From: Paraspadella gotoi
Taxonomy: Eukaryota; Animalia; Chaetognatha
Reading direction: 5' to 3'
Assembly: GCA_051294375.1 (NCBI GenBank)
Contig: CM119266.1
Location: forward strand, 5,842,092 to 5,906,091
DNA: 64,000 nt
Shown here: positions 61,701-64,000 of the stretch, piece after piece
Layout of the letters: every line of letters starts with the position of its first letter
Numbering within the stretch: the stretch's first letter is position 1
The notes under the pieces: generated by a model
What the model saw: only the letters and a program-made list of their open reading frames with translations
The model's database searches: none
Told to the model about the DNA's origin: nothing
Made by a program: the position numbers and the translations under genes

Positions 61701-63620
61701 CCATCTCCAGATTTTTCTTTCGCATTTTCCGATTTGCGATCTTCGATATTTGAGTTCGTCGTTGACGTCCGAATGATTTTTCGAGGATTGTGAAGGGCGA
61801 TTTGGGCGGCGGGCGGCCGCCACTCGCACCTCCGATTCTGATTCGCGAAGTTTGATCTCTATGCTGGTGTTTGGAAAGGATTCAGAACCAAGAGTCCGGC
61901 GATGATGACTCATAGCCTAAGAATTTGAGTTTTATAAAAAAATGATGACGGCGACACGAAGGTAAATTTTAAACCTTTAAATTAATGTTTTAATAAAATT
62001 TTTAGAGATAAACGAAAAAATTCGTGTGGAATAGCAATTTTATTCTTTGCTATTCCAACGAATTTTTCGTTTCATCTCTAACTATTTTAAATACAAAAAG
62101 AAAGTCAAAATACAATTAAAATTTTAAAAAATTAATGAACAAACACATGAAAGTCTTTTCGTGTTAGCATGTAAAAAAACTTGAAATACTTTTTTAAAAA
62201 AAATAAATAATTGCAAAAAAAGAACTGAGACTATGTACAGATAAAGATAGATACTAAAAATACATCGAAAAAAAGTCAAATTAACTAATTAATTGTAGTT
62301 ACATAATCAAAATAAGAGCATTTTTCTTTCCTTTATTTTTGCTGCAGCTGAATCATGGGTCCTAACTATTTCCCATCTCCGACGATCAACACGAAACTTT
62401 TCCAAAACTGTTTTTTTTTCTTTTTTCAAAACTGGAAAAACTGGTTTTGCTTAAGTCGATGGTCCGCTGAAAATCAATTAGACTGAAAAGAAATAAGAAG
62501 TCAGTTTGGAATAAAAGAGCAACAAAGTGAGATTAAAGGGGCGGGTTGTCTGGCTGGGCTGTCTCAATAATAACCTGCATAGGCCGTGAGAGTGGCATTT
62601 AGACTATAACCATTAACCCATAGTGGAGACAAATAATGAAAGCAAACGTTTTAGAGGAGACAAGAATATACAAAATAATAAAAAAAGACCTATTTTTAAA
62701 GAAAAATTTTCAAAAATACGTGGAAATTTAAAAAAACGAACTAGAGCCTTCGACTAGTCCTCTCTGTCAACAAAAAATTTTTACAGTATGATGTTAAAAC
62801 AAAACAGGATTTTCCTCCTTCGTTCGAGGCCAAAAAGTTAAAAGCGACAGTGAATATCCAAAAGGAGGAAGTGAAAGGAAAGAAAATTAAGAGAAAGGAG
62901 AAAGAAAAAAGGTTGGAAATAGCGCAACCTGGGTAGGGGAAGCAAAGAGTGAGAGGAGAGACAAAATTCAACAAAGAAAGAGAAGAGAAAGAAAAGAAGG
63001 GTGAAAGGCCAAATGTGATGGAAGAAAAGTGAAAGCGAGAGAAAATTAAAAAAGAAGAGGAGAAGAAAAGAATTCGGTGAAATGGACTACCAAATGGAGG
63101 AAAAGAAAAGGAAAAACGCAGTGATAAAGAGTGAAGAGTAAAAAGAAAAGGAGAGGTAAAAGACAAAGAGAAATCAGTGAAGGAAGAAATGATTCTGAGA
63201 GGTTAAGATAAGGAAAGGGAATAGAAAGAAAAAAATAAAATTGCCAAATAAAAATTGAAAGTAATAACAGAGAAGATAAAAGTGGAGGAACGCAAAAATG
63301 AAGAGAGCGAGGAGAGGAAGAGAGAGAGAGAGACGAGACGACGGTATGTAATGAGAGAAAGACTCAGAGATGAGATAGAGAGCAAGAGCAGGGCAAAGTG
63401 GATTAACAAGCAGAGGAAAAGTGAAGAGTCGCCTAAAGGGAGTCAATCGGACAACGGGATAAATCCGTTCTATAAGGTCAAAACAGGACCGTAAGAAGAG
63501 AAGGAGAGGAGAGAGGTAGAAGAAGAGTGACCGAGAGAGAAGAGGAGAGAATCCGAGAGAGAGAGGCGCGAGAGTCGTGCTGAGGAGAGAGCGAGAAGAG
63601 AGAGAGCAAAAAAGAAACAT
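55774..63620. repeat. Apparently exact direct duplicate of 46269-54115 (offset 9505)
   Basis: The ORFs in 47252-53989 recur with identical translations exactly 9505 nt later. Both copies end in ...aaagaaacat followed by 25 N. Confidence 0.95.
58241..61916 (-). pseudogene. Second frameshifted FucT copy with the same errors (probable artefact)
   Basis: Same broken ORF fragments as 48736-52411. Confidence 0.5.
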
Positions 63621-64000
63621 NNNNNNNNNNNNNNNNNNNNNNNNNAAAAAAAATAATTATTTAAAATTTAATTAAAACAAAAAATGATTTTTAAAATTAA
63701 CTTCGATCCGTAAGGTGGCGAGGTGTAGTGAGATTTCGGGTGGATGTGGTAGTAGTGGCATTGAATGTGATACGACTGGTACGCAATGGTAGGTAAGGTT
63801 TTTGGGGTAAGGGGCGGAGCACTTTTGGAGGTCACAGGGGACTGTGCCTAAGGTGGTTAATGTAGGTCGCAGTGTGGTAATGTGGCAGTGCCACAGTTGT
63901 ATTGGGGTCAGGGTGATCTGTGCAAATAGAAATGAGATGGACTCTCGTGTGAGATGATCAGTGGTCAATGGCAGCGGCATCTGAAGGTGACGTGGGTAGG

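Noticed and set aside
48736-61916. A genuine three-member fucosyltransferase cluster
   Set aside because: The two extra copies share the same indel errors and end at 25-N gaps; one raw read inserted twice explains them better.
63646-64000. 102-aa minus-strand ORF at the window end
   Set aside because: It has no motif or splice support, lies directly after a gap, and its context is cut off by the window edge.

Overview
AT-rich, microsatellite-dense, intron-containing eukaryotic DNA, most likely an invertebrate animal draft assembly, with six N-gaps. By hand, from splice sites and reading phase, I can reconstruct three spliced genes. (1) The last two exons of an AAAP/Aa_trans-type amino-acid transporter (+, 212-1166). 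(2) An atypical dual-specificity phosphatase of the DUSP3/13/26 type (-, 9153 to about 19489; catalytic loop HCVQGISRS). (3) A GT10 alpha-1,3-fucosyltransferase (+, about 40244-43895) with an unusually long (~540 aa) charged stem. The last ~18 kb is mostly not new biology. 46269-54115 and 55774-63620 appear to be the same indel-riddled, largely reverse-complement copy of ~38.7-46.3 kb (offset 9505, each ending at a 25-N gap), which looks like one raw long read pasted in twice in the wrong orientation. Undoing that reveals a minus-strand first exon (MVLQGHPCRS...EIVEA) whose phase-2 donor could join the phosphatase, which would nest the fucosyltransferase antisense inside a phosphatase intron. 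The window also holds several non-autonomous transposon families, two pre-miRNA-sized hairpins and two orphan ORFs, one resembling a secreted prepropeptide. I saw no CRISPR array, rRNA or tRNA, and no clearly novel multi-gene system.
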